DNA from: an uncultured Collinsella sp.
Lineage (GTDB): Bacteria > Actinomycetota > Coriobacteriia > Coriobacteriales > Coriobacteriaceae
Reading direction: 5' to 3'
Assembly: GCA_900756765.1 (NCBI GenBank)
Contig: CAAELE010000029.1
Coordinates: 6,221-70,220 of the forward strand
Length of the DNA: 64,000 nucleotides
Numbering within the stretch: the stretch's first letter is position 1; the number at the start of each line of letters is the position of its first letter. Positions 40,308-50,406 of the stretch are shown here, one piece after another. The notes below the pieces were generated by a model. It did not search any database, was not told the origin of the DNA, and worked only from the letters and a program-made list of their open reading frames with translations. The position numbers were made by a program, and so were the translations under genes.

Positions 40308-41039
40308 ATGGCGATCGGAGCGCGTAGGCAGCCGCTGTACGATCAGCTGGTCGATATTCTGACCGAAAAGATTGACCATGAATATCGCGCCGGTGACATG
40401 ATTCCTTCCGAGCGCGAACTTTCGGAGCGCTATGGTCTCTCGCGCACTACGGTACGCTTGGCTCTGCAGGAACTGGAGCGTTTAGGACTGGTGGTTCGGC
40501 AGCACGGTCGCGGTACCTTTGTGACCGACCGTTCGGCAAAAGCAACCAATCTTATGCAGTCCTACAGCTTTACCGAGCAGATGCGCGCGATGGGTCGAGA
40601 ACCCGAGACCACGATTCTCGAGTTTTGCGAGATGGAGGCCGATAAGAATCTGGCCGAGCATATGGGATTGCGTATCGGTGATCGCATTTTTAAGCTTAAG
40701 CGCCTTCGTTCTGCCGACAACATGCCCATGATGGTCGAACGCAGCTATCTACCGGTTCGTCAATTTCTGTCCCTAAAGCGACCGCTGCTGGAGCGCAAGC
40801 CGCTTTACGATGTGATTGAGCAGGACTTTCAGCAAAAGATACGCGTGGCTGAAGAGGAGTTCTATGCGAGCATAGCCCGTCCCACCGACGCCCACCTTTT
40901 GGGAATTGTCGAGGGCTCGCCTGTGCTCGATTTGGTCAGGACTACGTATAACGAGTCAAACGAGGTTGTGGAGTATACACTCTCGGTTGCTCGTGCCGAT
41001 CAGTTTAAATACAAGGTTTACCACCAGCGTAGCAACTAG
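40308..41039 (+). CDS. GntR/HutC-family regulator
   Basis: PLYDQL, PSEREL, SRTTVR, GRGTFV, UTRA domain. Confidence 0.92.
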   Translation: MAIGARRQPLYDQLVDILTEKIDHEYRAGDMIPSERELSERYGLSRTTVRLALQELERLGLVVRQHGRGTFVTDRSAKATNLMQSYSFTEQMRAMGREPETTILEFCEMEADKNLAEHMGLRIGDRIFKLKRLRSADNMPMMVERSYLPVRQFLSLKRPLLERKPLYDVIEQDFQQKIRVAEEEFYASIARPTDAHLLGIVEGSPVLDLVRTTYNESNEVVEYTLSVARADQFKYKVYHQRSN

Positions 41040-41077
41040 TGTCCGCATCGTTTCCATATGGTGATTCTTTGCATTTA

Positions 41078-41093
41078 ACTGGTTACTACCAGA
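41078..41093. promoter_or_regulatory. Candidate GntR operator upstream of agaS
   Basis: ctggttactaccag near-palindrome, upstream of a TATAAT. Confidence 0.6.
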
Positions 41094-41153
41094 TAACCAA
41101 CCGAAGTGTATAATTGCACGTCAGAGGATTACTTCTAGAGAGAGGTATTAGAA

Positions 41154-42320
41154 ATGTTCGAGAAGAGTGTCGAGGAGCTCACCGAGCTCGGCGCCCAGAT
41201 CACCACGGCCGAGATTGCTCAGCAGCCCGAGCTTTGGCGTGATACGCTCAACATCTATCGCGAGAACAAGGAGGCCATCGAGGCCTTCCTGGCCGAGGCT
41301 CGTGCTATGGGCGAGGGCCGTCTGTCCGTTGTCTTCACCGGTGCCGGTACGTCCGACTACGTTGGCGATACCTGCGCCCCGTACCTGCGTCACGCTGGCA
41401 ACACTGATCTCTACGACTTTAAGCCCATCGCCACGACAGACATCGTGAGCGCTCCGCGCGATTTCCTGCGCGCCGAGGATCCCACGCTCGTGGTTTCCTT
41501 TGCCCGCTCTGGCAACAGCCCCGAGAGCCTTGCCGCCGTTGCCGTTGCCAAGGAGCTCGTCCACAACGTCAAGTTCCTCAACATCACCTGCGCGCCCGAG
41601 GGCAAGCTCGCCGTCGAGTCCGCCGATGATCCCAATGCGCTGACGCTGCTCATCCCGCGCGCCAACGACAAGGGCTTCGCCATGACCGGTTCCTACACCT
41701 GCATGACCCTGCTCTCTACCCTCATCTTTGACGAGGCTTCCGACGAGCAGAAGGCCGAGTGGGTCGAGACCATCGCCAAGATGGGCGAGGAGGTCATCGC
41801 TCGCGAGTCCGAGGTTGCCGATTACCTGGCTGGCGACTTCAACCGCGTGACCTACTTGGGTTCCGGCTCCTTCGGTGGCCTTGCCCAGGAGAGCCAGCTC
41901 AAGATCCTCGAGCTTGCTCATGGCCTGGTTGCCACTTCCTACGACACCTCCATGGGTTATCGTCACGGACCCAAGTCCTTCGTCGACGACAAGACCCTCG
42001 TGTTCGTGTTCGTCAACAACGATGCCTACACCCGTCAGTACGATATCGACATCCTCAACGAGATCGGTGGCGACGAGATCGCTCAGCACACCGTTGCCGT
42101 TCAGCAGGATGGCGCTATCGTCTACGAGGGCGAGTCCTTCACCTTTAAGGGCTATGAGGCACTCCCCGAGGGCTACCTTGCCCTGCCGTTCGTGATGTTT
42201 GCCCAGGCCATCAGCCTGCTCAACTCCGTGCGCGTGGGCAACACGCCCGATACGCCGAGCCCCACCGGCACGGTCAACCGCGTGGTTAAGGGCGTGACGA
42301 TTCACCCCTTCACCGCTTAA
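41154..42320 (+). CDS. agaS: SIS-domain galactosamine-6-phosphate deaminase/isomerase
   Basis: EIAQQP, GAGTS, SFARSGNSPES, FAMTGS, RHGPKS, VNRVVKGV. Confidence 0.88.
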   Translation: MFEKSVEELTELGAQITTAEIAQQPELWRDTLNIYRENKEAIEAFLAEARAMGEGRLSVVFTGAGTSDYVGDTCAPYLRHAGNTDLYDFKPIATTDIVSAPRDFLRAEDPTLVVSFARSGNSPESLAAVAVAKELVHNVKFLNITCAPEGKLAVESADDPNALTLLIPRANDKGFAMTGSYTCMTLLSTLIFDEASDEQKAEWVETIAKMGEEVIARESEVADYLAGDFNRVTYLGSGSFGGLAQESQLKILELAHGLVATSYDTSMGYRHGPKSFVDDKTLVFVFVNNDAYTRQYDIDILNEIGGDEIAQHTVAVQQDGAIVYEGESFTFKGYEALPEGYLALPFVMFAQAISLLNSVRVGNTPDTPSPTGTVNRVVKGVTIHPFTA

Positions 42321-42439
42321 TCGCGTCCCCCCTGTAAGGGCGCCCGTCCGCTCATAACGGCGGGCGGGCGCTTTTTGTTTTCACTTGGACCGGGTATAAG
42401 CATCACCACAGTCAACTGCTTTAGAAGCAAGGAGTGCAT

Positions 42440-43609
42440 ATGAGCACGTACGCAATTAAGGCTGACAAGTTCTTCTTGCCGGCAGGTCCGCAGCTGGGCG
42501 GCTATCTTATGGTCGAGGATGGCGTCTTTGGCGCCTGGCAGGCCGACGAGCCCTCTTGCGAGATCAAGGACTACACGGGATCGTGGATCGCACCGGGTAT
42601 GGTCGATACCCACATCCATGGCTTCTACAACCACTCAACTACCGATAACGACCCCGAGGGTATCGATATCAGCTCGACTGAGCTCGCCCGTCGCGGTACC
42701 ACCAGCTGGCTACCCACGACGTTCACCGATGGCGTCGAGCAGATCAAGGACGCCTGCGCCGCCATCGCTCAGGCGGACGAGGGTCGCGGCCCCGACTTCT
42801 GCGGTGCTCGCATTCAGGGCATCTACCTGGAGGGCCCCTTCTTTACCATGAAGCACGTGGGCGCGCAGAACCCCGCTTATCTTATCGATCCCTCCGAGGA
42901 GGTCTTTGATCAGTGGCAGGAGGCTGCGGGCGGTCGCATCGTTAAGAGCGCCATGGCGGCCGAGCGCGACGGTGCCGCTGCTTATGCGGCTGCTCTGAAC
43001 GCCAAGGGTGTGGTGACCAGCATCGGTCACTCCGACGCCACCTACGATGAGTGCATCGCCGCCATCAACGCCGGTGCCAGCTGCTTTACGCATACCTATA
43101 ACGGCCAGCGCGGGCTGCATCACCGTGAGCCCGGTGTCGTGGGTGCTGCTATGTCCACGTCCGAGACCTACGCCGAGATCATCTGTGACGGCAAGCACGT
43201 AAACCCTGCCGCCATCAAGGCGCTGCTGCAGGCCAAGGGCTGGCAGCACACGGTACTCATCACCGACTGCCTGGGCTGCGGCGGCATGCCCGAGGGCAGC
43301 TACACCAGCGGCGGCATGGACGTCATCATGAAGGACAACCTGTGCTGGCTCGCCGATGGCAAGAGCATTGCCGGTTCGGTGCTCACGCTTGCCCAGGGCG
43401 TCAAGAACATCGTCGACTGGGGCATCGCCAGCGCCGATATCGCCATTCGCATGGCAACCGAGGTGCCGGCACGCTCCGCGCACATCGAGGATAAGTGCGG
43501 CAGCATCATGCCGGGTCGCGACGCCGACTTTGTCGTGTTCGACCATGAGCTCACCCTCGTCGAGACGTATGTTGGCGGCCAGAGCGTCGGCAACGCCTTT
43601 ACCGAGTAA
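42440..43609 (+). CDS. nagA: N-acetylhexosamine-6-phosphate deacetylase
   Basis: DTHIHG, LEGPF, GHS, THTYN, DGKH, ITD. Confidence 0.93.
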   Translation: MSTYAIKADKFFLPAGPQLGGYLMVEDGVFGAWQADEPSCEIKDYTGSWIAPGMVDTHIHGFYNHSTTDNDPEGIDISSTELARRGTTSWLPTTFTDGVEQIKDACAAIAQADEGRGPDFCGARIQGIYLEGPFFTMKHVGAQNPAYLIDPSEEVFDQWQEAAGGRIVKSAMAAERDGAAAYAAALNAKGVVTSIGHSDATYDECIAAINAGASCFTHTYNGQRGLHHREPGVVGAAMSTSETYAEIICDGKHVNPAAIKALLQAKGWQHTVLITDCLGCGGMPEGSYTSGGMDVIMKDNLCWLADGKSIAGSVLTLAQGVKNIVDWGIASADIAIRMATEVPARSAHIEDKCGSIMPGRDADFVVFDHELTLVETYVGGQSVGNAFTE

Positions 43610-43684
43610 CGAAAGAAAAAGACGGCGGGCCCGAATCTGCTCGGACCCGCCGTACGGGTTAAACGCTCAAAAGCACCTTTACAG

Positions 43685-44269
43685 TTACAGCTTGCTAGCG
43701 ATTTTCTTTGCCGTGCGCTTAACGCCGGCCACCAGGCCTCCTGCAGGATGCTCCTTCTCGTATGCTAGGCGCTTCTCGCGCTTGGCGTACTCTTCGACGA
43801 TGATGTCTCCATACTCGTCTTCGATCTTGTCGAAGAAGTCGACGGCACCCTTAATTTCCTCAGCGGTCGGGTGCCCCTTTTGGACACCGCCGGTGAGTTT
43901 GAACGGCCCCCACGTATCAAAGCCGGGGCAGCCGTAGACACCCATAAAGATGGCCTGCCTCATGCGGCAGATGCCATCGATATCCTTGCCGTACCACTTG
44001 TTTTTGCCACCGTAGGTCATAAGGCCAAACACCTTGTCCTGCGGCTGCAACACGTTAGTGAGCACGCGTGCCATGTCCTTGTCGATCTCGGAGTAATAGA
44101 TGCCCGTGGCGACACCAATCAGATGGTATTCGTGCAGGTTGGGATACTCGTTTTTGCCGAGCGTTTTCACATCGAGGGTATCGATTTCGGGGTGCGCCTC
44201 GACGATGGCGTCCACGAGCTTTTTCGTATTGCCGTGGTGGCGTGAGGCATAAAGAATGATGGTTCGCAT
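43685..44269 (-). CDS. Flavodoxin-family protein
   Basis: IILYASRHHGNTKK, GFDTWGPFKLTGG..KGHP. Confidence 0.85.
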   Translation of the reverse strand: MRTIILYASRHHGNTKKLVDAIVEAHPEIDTLDVKTLGKNEYPNLHEYHLIGVATGIYYSEIDKDMARVLTNVLQPQDKVFGLMTYGGKNKWYGKDIDGICRMRQAIFMGVYGCPGFDTWGPFKLTGGVQKGHPTAEEIKGAVDFFDKIEDEYGDIIVEEYAKREKRLAYEKEHPAGGLVAGVKRTAKKIASKL

Positions 44270-44426
44270 AAGAAGGCCTTTCAGCTGTAATTGCATCAAT
44301 GTCTGTATGGTACCCCGTTACATGGCCGGGATACCGGACGCATCGATGAGCGTGCGGGTTTGTTCTATGGTTAGGATTGAAACGGGCGCTTGCGTGAAAT
44401 AAAGCAGTTGTTCGAAAGGATGGGTA

Positions 44427-45308
44427 ATGGAATACGCTCTCTCCAACGATTCGATTTCTATTAAGGTTTCCACGGCTGGTGGCTCGTTTACCTCGATTGA
44501 GGCCGGAGGTCGCGAGTACTTGTGGCAGGGTGATCCCACCGTGTGGTCCGGCCAGGCGCCGATTTGCTTCCCGATTTGCGGAGGCTTGCGCGACAACAGC
44601 GCCATGACGTTTGCCGGGCATCATGTAAAGCTCGCTCGCCACGGCTTTGCGCGCAAGCAGGAATGGAAGCTGCTGAGCCAAGGCGAGAACGAGTTGGCTA
44701 TGTGCCTGGCTTCGGAGGATAACGCCGCGCTGCTGAGCGATTATCCGTATCCGTTTAGGCTCGTCGCCCGCTATACGCTCGAGGACGCCGCCGTGCGTGT
44801 CTCCTATGAGGTTACCAACGAGGGCACCGAGGACATGCCGTTCTTTATCGGTGGGCATCCCGGCTTTAGGTGCCCGCTCGATGAGGGCGAGGCCTATACG
44901 GACTACGAGTTGCGCTTTGAGAAAGAAGAGGCTGCAGAGCTTTGCACCGCTGTCCCTTCGACTGGCTTGATTGACGTGGACAAGCGCTCCAAGAACCCCA
45001 TGGTGGGAAAGACGCTGCCCCTGTCGCACGAGCTCTTCGATTTTGCGGAGACCATCTTTGACGTGCTCGAGAGCCGCCAGGTCACGCTTTCCAAAAAGGG
45101 CGAGGACAAGGGCGTCCGCCTGAGCTTTGAGGGCTTCCCATATCTCATTGTGTGGAGCAAGCCCGAGGGTGATTTTGTGGCAGTTGAGCCTTGGGGCGGC
45201 CTTTCGACCTGCTCCGATGAGGACGACGTGCTTGAGCATAAGCGTGGCTGCCTTGTCGCCAAGCCCAAGGAGACCGTCGTTCGCTCGTTCACGATTGAGA
45301 TTCTGTAA
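44427..45308 (+). CDS. Aldose 1-epimerase family protein (LacX-like)
   Basis: YLWQGD, FPICG, HGFAR, GGHPGF, VEPW. Confidence 0.88.
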   Translation: MEYALSNDSISIKVSTAGGSFTSIEAGGREYLWQGDPTVWSGQAPICFPICGGLRDNSAMTFAGHHVKLARHGFARKQEWKLLSQGENELAMCLASEDNAALLSDYPYPFRLVARYTLEDAAVRVSYEVTNEGTEDMPFFIGGHPGFRCPLDEGEAYTDYELRFEKEEAAELCTAVPSTGLIDVDKRSKNPMVGKTLPLSHELFDFAETIFDVLESRQVTLSKKGEDKGVRLSFEGFPYLIVWSKPEGDFVAVEPWGGLSTCSDEDDVLEHKRGCLVAKPKETVVRSFTIEIL

Positions 45309-45367
45309 TTCCGTTTTGTCGACTCGTATCGCGAGGCACAAGGAGCCTGCGAGATAAGGAGCTAAAA

Positions 45368-46303
45368 ATGATCCTCACCGTTACGATGAACCCGTCCGTC
45401 GATACACGCTATCAGCTCGATGAGCTCATTATCGACGACGTTAACCGTGTGACGCCCGAAAAGACCGCCGGCGGCAAGGGTCTCAACGTGGCCCGTGTAC
45501 TGGGTCAGCTGGGCGACGACGTTGTGGCAACCGGTCTACTCGGCGGCCACATGGGCGCCTACATGGCCGAGCTCATGGATGCCAACGGCATTAAGAATGA
45601 TTTTGTACCCATCAAGGGCGAGACTCGCATTTGCCTTAACATCCTCCACGCCGGCAACCAGACCGAGCTACTCGAGAGCGGCCCGACGATTGCCCCCGAG
45701 GAGCTCGATGCCTTTACCGCCAAGTTCGCCGAGCTTGCGAGCAAGGCCGCTGTCGTTACCATCTCGGGTTCGCTGCCCCGTGGTGTCGAGGCAGGCTACT
45801 ACGCCAAGATCACGGGTATTGCCGAGAACGCCGGCGCCAAGGTGCTGCTCGATACCTCGGGTGCTTCGCTCGAGGCCGCCCTTAAGTCCGAAATTAAGCC
45901 CGAGCTGGTCAAGCCTAACCTGACCGAGATTAACGGCCTTCTGGGCACGAGCTTTACCACCGACGATGTGGACGAGCTCCGCGCCGCGCTCGCCTCTGAT
46001 GCCCGCTTCTCCGATATCCCCTGGGTCGTCGTGTCCATGGGCGCTGCCGGCTCCGTGGGCTTCCATAATGGCCGTGCATTCCGCGCCAAGACCCCCGATA
46101 TCCCCGCCGTTAACGCTACGGGCTCTGGCGATTCGACCATTGCCGGCTTCGCGCATGCGATTGCTGCTGGCGCGGATGACGAGACGGTGCTGCGTACCGC
46201 CAACACCTGCGGCAAGCTCAATGCCATGGATCCCATGACTGGCCACTTGGTTATGGATCGTTGGGACGAGGTTTACAACGGCGTTGTCGTGACCGAGCTG
46301 TAG
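45368..46303 (+). CDS. lacC: Tagatose-6-phosphate kinase / 1-phosphofructokinase family
   Basis: TVTMNPSVD, GGKGLNV, KPN, NATGSGDS. Confidence 0.82.
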   Translation: MILTVTMNPSVDTRYQLDELIIDDVNRVTPEKTAGGKGLNVARVLGQLGDDVVATGLLGGHMGAYMAELMDANGIKNDFVPIKGETRICLNILHAGNQTELLESGPTIAPEELDAFTAKFAELASKAAVVTISGSLPRGVEAGYYAKITGIAENAGAKVLLDTSGASLEAALKSEIKPELVKPNLTEINGLLGTSFTTDDVDELRAALASDARFSDIPWVVVSMGAAGSVGFHNGRAFRAKTPDIPAVNATGSGDSTIAGFAHAIAAGADDETVLRTANTCGKLNAMDPMTGHLVMDRWDEVYNGVVVTEL

Positions 46304-46352
46304 GAGCTTGTGCGCCGCCCCCGGCATCGGTTGCTTGCTTGTGGTTAGAGTT

Positions 46353-46475
46353 GACGGCAAGTGCGGTAGCATTATGCCGGGGCGCGACGCCGATGCTGTC
46401 GTGTTCAATCCCGACCTTACCCTGGTCGAGACGTATGTGGGTGGCAACAGCGTCGGTAATGCATTTACCGAGTAG
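46353..46475 (+). pseudogene. Remnant 3' end of a second nagA copy
   Basis: Translates DGKCGSIMPGRDADAVVFNPDLTLVETYVGGNSVGNAFTE*, matching the C-terminus of nagA at 43487-43609. Confidence 0.85.
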
Positions 46476-46507
46476 CTGCCAAATAAACGATCCGAGAGGG
46501 GATTTAG

Positions 46508-46981
46508 ATGATTTACGGTGCATTGGGCGATATCGAGGAATACCGCGGAATGCTCAAGGGCCTCGACGTGCTGATCGACTGGCTCGAGGAGAACGACCCG
46601 GCACAGCTCGAGGTCGGCAGCCATCCGATTTTGGGTGAGAAGGTCTTTGCGAACGTCATGTCTCCCACGACGCGTCCCGAGGCTGAGGCTCACTATGAGA
46701 CGCATCAGCGCTATCACGACCTGCAGATCGACGTCGAGGGTCGCGAGGCCTTCAAGGTCGCTACGGGCAGCCTGACGCTGGTCCAGGAGTTTGACGAGAA
46801 GGACGACTATGATCTGGTCGATTCCGACGCCTCGATCGCCGGCGATCTTGCCGACGACAAATTCGCGCTGTTCGTTGCCGGCGAGCCCCACATGCCCACG
46901 CTCGAGTTCCCGGGCGATGGCGCACAGCCGGTCAAGAAGATCTGCTTTAAGTTGCTTGCCGACGCCTACTGGGAGGAGTAG
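46508..46981 (+). CDS. YhcH/YjgK/YiaL family protein
   Basis: YETHQRYHDLQ, GEPHMP, VKKICFK. Confidence 0.88.
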   Translation: MIYGALGDIEEYRGMLKGLDVLIDWLEENDPAQLEVGSHPILGEKVFANVMSPTTRPEAEAHYETHQRYHDLQIDVEGREAFKVATGSLTLVQEFDEKDDYDLVDSDASIAGDLADDKFALFVAGEPHMPTLEFPGDGAQPVKKICFKLLADAYWEE

Positions 46982-47115
46982 CGAGCTGCTCGGCTGAGCT
47001 GTTCGTCTGATGGCGTGATTCCCCTAGGGAAATCACGCTAGGACCCCGCCAAACGGGTTTTCCCTAGGGAAATCACGTTTGGCGGGGTTTTCTGTTTTGA
47101 ATAGGGAAGCCTCAT

Positions 47116-47481
47116 TTATTTGCGAAGAACATCGGCTAGCCGCAGGATTGAAATCATCGACCGATAAGTGAGTTCCACTTTTTCGCCCGCAAGCAGTCGT
47201 TTCGAGCCAATCTCATCTAGCCCCACAAGCCGAGAAAACAGCGGGCCGCTCATCGTGCCCTCGTCAATTGATTCCCTTATGGTCTTCAAAACGTCCGTAT
47301 CATGAAGCGATGCCGAGCTGTAGGGGGCAACACGAGCGGAACTCTCAATTAACGACGAGACAAAAGGATGGAGATGCTTTGGACATAGTCCATCAAACAC
47401 CACATCCCCATTGTCGTTCGAGCCGACCAGGCGCCAAGTATAATGATCGACCCAGTCATCCCCGTCGTATATGGCGTTCAT
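47116..47481 (-). CDS. Hypothetical protein (lower-GC islet)
   Basis: ORF from MNAIYDG..., follows the upstream gene by about 15 bp. Confidence 0.45.
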   Translation of the reverse strand: MNAIYDGDDWVDHYTWRLVGSNDNGDVVFDGLCPKHLHPFVSSLIESSARVAPYSSASLHDTDVLKTIRESIDEGTMSGPLFSRLVGLDEIGSKRLLAGEKVELTYRSMISILRLADVLRK

Positions 47482-47495
47482 GAGCAACTTCCCGT

Positions 47496-48005
47496 CTAGA
47501 GAGAGAAACCTATTTGGACATCGGGGCGCAAGACCGCAATCCATATCGGGCCTGCAGCAGCTCCAACCCAACGCACCACATAGGTTCCCTTTCGTACATG
47601 TGTATCAATCTGCCCCGAAATGCCGGTGAATGCAATTCCAGACCCGTTTGTCGGATAGCAATCGACGTATTTTTGTTTTCCGCTCACAACCTTGTATAGA
47701 TATATCGTTCCAGCAAAAGAGAAGGGATCGTTCGCAATTTTGTCCGGAAGAACTTGCCACCTCAAAATCCCGCTACCAATGTGGTCAAGCTTGACCGTTC
47801 CGCCGTCCCCCTCAAAAGTGGCAAGGGGATTTACCCAAGACTGAGAGTCGGCATCGCCCTCCTTAGCAGTTATCAGCAGACTGCCCGTATAAGACTGCTG
47901 AGGCTCACCTTCAGGACAGACAGCCTTGGCCCAAGAAGGGCCACTCAGGCAGAACAGTCCGAGCAGCATCAATACCAACAAAAGAAAACCCTTAGTTCTT
48001 TTCAT
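47496..48005 (-). CDS. Hypothetical secreted protein
   Basis: MKRTK + hydrophobic core + AKA signal peptide; beta-rich mature part. Confidence 0.6.
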   Translation of the reverse strand: MKRTKGFLLLVLMLLGLFCLSGPSWAKAVCPEGEPQQSYTGSLLITAKEGDADSQSWVNPLATFEGDGGTVKLDHIGSGILRWQVLPDKIANDPFSFAGTIYLYKVVSGKQKYVDCYPTNGSGIAFTGISGQIDTHVRKGTYVVRWVGAAAGPIWIAVLRPDVQIGFSL

Positions 48006-48262
48006 CTATATCCCCAACGTCTCTCGACATTTGTATATCGTGACTATTTTAGATCTATATGGCCAATTCGAGCCCTCACCATGGCAATTGTTGCAGCTGG
48101 GTTTCTTTTCATTAAGATTTCACTTTGGTAAATCCCCGCCCCTAAGCATTAAACCCGAAGTCCACCGAGTGGGCCGCTGTTGACGTGGCGATGCTTGGAT
48201 TGGCGCGCACGCACTCAAAATCGGCAACAAAAAAGCCGCCCGAAGGCGGCTATCTTGAGCAA

Positions 48263-48338
48263 TGGAGCCAGCGACCGGGCTCGAACCGGTGACCCCCGCT
48301 TTACGAGAGCGGTGCTCTACCAACTGAGCTACGCTGGC
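48263..48338 (-). tRNA. tRNA-Thr(CGT)
   Basis: GCCAGCG acceptor stem, TAGCTCAGTTGGTAGAGC D-arm, CCGCT-CTCGTAA-AGCGG anticodon arm, GGTTCGAGCCC T-loop, CCA end, terminator downstream. Confidence 0.96.
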
Positions 48339-48545
48339 GGCCATGTGATGACGCAACTGAGGCGCCAACGGCTGTCTATGATACGGGACATCGCACATCC
48401 GCGCAAGTGTTCTGACGGCTTTTCTCACTTTAAATGCACTAATATTAGAGGCGTGATGTCTGCAGTGCCCATTTGGTACTTGACCTGCTGTTGAGTTGGT
48501 GGCCGACGTCCCGCTCTTACGGGTCTCAAACAGAATGGGGCTGCC

Positions 48546-49028
48546 ATGGCTCAACCCAAGATCCTTCTCACGCGTATCGACGACCGTTTCATTTACGGGC
48601 AAGACGTTGAGCTGTGGAACGAGGCCGTGGGCTCCAACCTCGTCCTGATCGTCAACGATGAGATCGCGGCGGATTCGCGCAAGTGGGCGCCTATGAGGGT
48701 CGCGGCGCCAGAAGGCGTTTGGACGCGGTTTTTCTCGGTGCAAAGGACCATCGACATCATTCATACCGCAACGCCGCGTCAATGGATTCTGATCATGGTG
48801 GCCTCACCCGCCGATGCGCTCGTGCTGGTCAAGGGCGGTGCGCCGATCACCAAGATCAGCATCGGCCATATGCGGGCGAGGGAGGGCAAGCGCTCTGCAA
48901 CGCCTGCCATTGCCGTAGGCGATACGGACATCGCCGCCTTCAAAGAGTTGCAAAAGCTCGGCATAGAGCTAGAAATCCGTTATCTCCCCAGTTCCGCCCC
49001 CGACCCCATTGGCAATCTGTTCAACTGA
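48546..49028 (+). CDS. Orphan mannose-family PTS IIB paralog lacking the catalytic His
   Basis: Colinear with 37677-38159; RIDDRFIYGQDV versus RIDNRLVHGQV. Confidence 0.85.
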   Translation: MAQPKILLTRIDDRFIYGQDVELWNEAVGSNLVLIVNDEIAADSRKWAPMRVAAPEGVWTRFFSVQRTIDIIHTATPRQWILIMVASPADALVLVKGGAPITKISIGHMRAREGKRSATPAIAVGDTDIAAFKELQKLGIELEIRYLPSSAPDPIGNLFN

Positions 49029-49095
49029 TCCCTTGGGGACGGAGGAAAACGGATCATTTTGCCCTTGCGAGGGATGCGCGCGATGCCGCCTGTCA

Positions 49096-49247
49096 AAAAC
49101 TATGCCCATTTACTACGTTTGGTCGGCTATCGCCGAGCATGTCGAATTTGAGAAAAACAAAACCGCAGGTAGACGGCTTGCGAATTTAACAAAAACCGGT
49201 GCATGGTCGAGCATCCCGGGCTAAACGTAGTAAATGGGCATAGTTTT
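49096..49247. repeat. Element with perfect 25-bp terminal inverted repeats
   Basis: aaaactatgcccatttactacgttt / aaacgtagtaaatgggcatagtttt. Confidence 0.8.
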
Positions 49248-49353
49248 GATATGTCACTCATACAGTCACAGCGAAAATGAGCCAAAAGATGAAAAAACGC
49301 CCGTCGGCGGTGGTGCCGGCGGGCGTTGCTGTGCGATATGTCGCGTTGTGGGC

Positions 49354-50406
49354 TTAGTGCCTCATAAAGTGATATTCGATCACATTGCTATAGGGATGAC
49401 CCGGGCCCACAATGCCCTGCGGGAACAGAGGCTGGTGCGGCGTGTCGGGGTACATCTCGGCCTCGAGGGCAAAGCCGGCGCCCCAGCCATAGTTGGCATC
49501 GTCCTTGGCGTGCTCGTCGCCCAGCCAGTTGCCGGTGTAGAGCTGCACGCCCGGGGCAGTGGTGTAGTAGTCCATCTCACGACCGGTCCACATCTCCTCG
49601 ACGTGCATCGCGCGGCGCAGGTTGCGGCCGTACTGATAGCCATCGATGCACAGGCAGTGATCGTAGCCACGGGCCTGCTTGATCTGCGGGTCGTCGGCCT
49701 CCATGCCGGGTGCGACGGGGCGAAGCTCGCGAAAGTCAAACGGTGTTCCCTCGACCGGAGCGATCTCGCCGGTGGGGATGTTCTGCTCGTTAATGGGCAG
49801 GTAGTGGGCGGCGTTGGCGACAAAGAAATGTTCGCAGTCCATGCCGGCGTTATGGCCTGCAAGGTTAAAGTACGTGTGGTTGGTCATGGACACGTAGGTG
49901 GCGCGGTCGCTCTCGCAGCCATAATCGATGCGGAAGACGCCGGTGCGCGTAACGGTAAACACGGCCGTAAAGGTTCGGTTGCCGGGCAGGCCCAGCTCGC
50001 CATCCTTAAGCGAGGTGGTCATGCGCACGGCGTTATGGACCTCGTCGAGCTCAACATCCCACACACGTTTGTGCAGGCCGTGCTCAAGGTCGCTGTGCAG
50101 GTTGTTGGCGCCCTCGTTGGCGGGCATATGCCAGTCCGTGCCGTCGATGGCGATCGTGGCGCCAGCGGTGCGGTTTGCCACAGGGCCGATGGTCGCGCCA
50201 AAGCAGGCGGGGTTGTCAAAGTAATCCTCGAGCTTATCGAAGCCCAGCGCCACATCGCGCACGTTGCCGGGAATGTCGGGCACATCGATACCAAGCACCG
50301 TGGCGCCATAGTCCATAATGCGAACGCAGATCTCGGGCCCGTCGAGGGTGTAACGATGAACGGGGGTACCGCACGGCGCGGTGCCGAAAAGCTCGGAAGT
50401 GATCAT
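49354..50406 (-). CDS. galM: Galactose mutarotase
   Basis: GATIGPVANR, NNLH, TNHTYFNL, GYDH, QLYTGN. Confidence 0.9.
   Translation of the reverse strand: MITSELFGTAPCGTPVHRYTLDGPEICVRIMDYGATVLGIDVPDIPGNVRDVALGFDKLEDYFDNPACFGATIGPVANRTAGATIAIDGTDWHMPANEGANNLHSDLEHGLHKRVWDVELDEVHNAVRMTTSLKDGELGLPGNRTFTAVFTVTRTGVFRIDYGCESDRATYVSMTNHTYFNLAGHNAGMDCEHFFVANAAHYLPINEQNIPTGEIAPVEGTPFDFRELRPVAPGMEADDPQIKQARGYDHCLCIDGYQYGRNLRRAMHVEEMWTGREMDYYTTAPGVQLYTGNWLGDEHAKDDANYGWGAGFALEAEMYPDTPHQPLFPQGIVGPGHPYSNVIEYHFMRH

Noticed and set aside
47100..48338. Prophage or ICE at tRNA-Thr
   Set aside because: No integrase, att duplication or phage genes seen.
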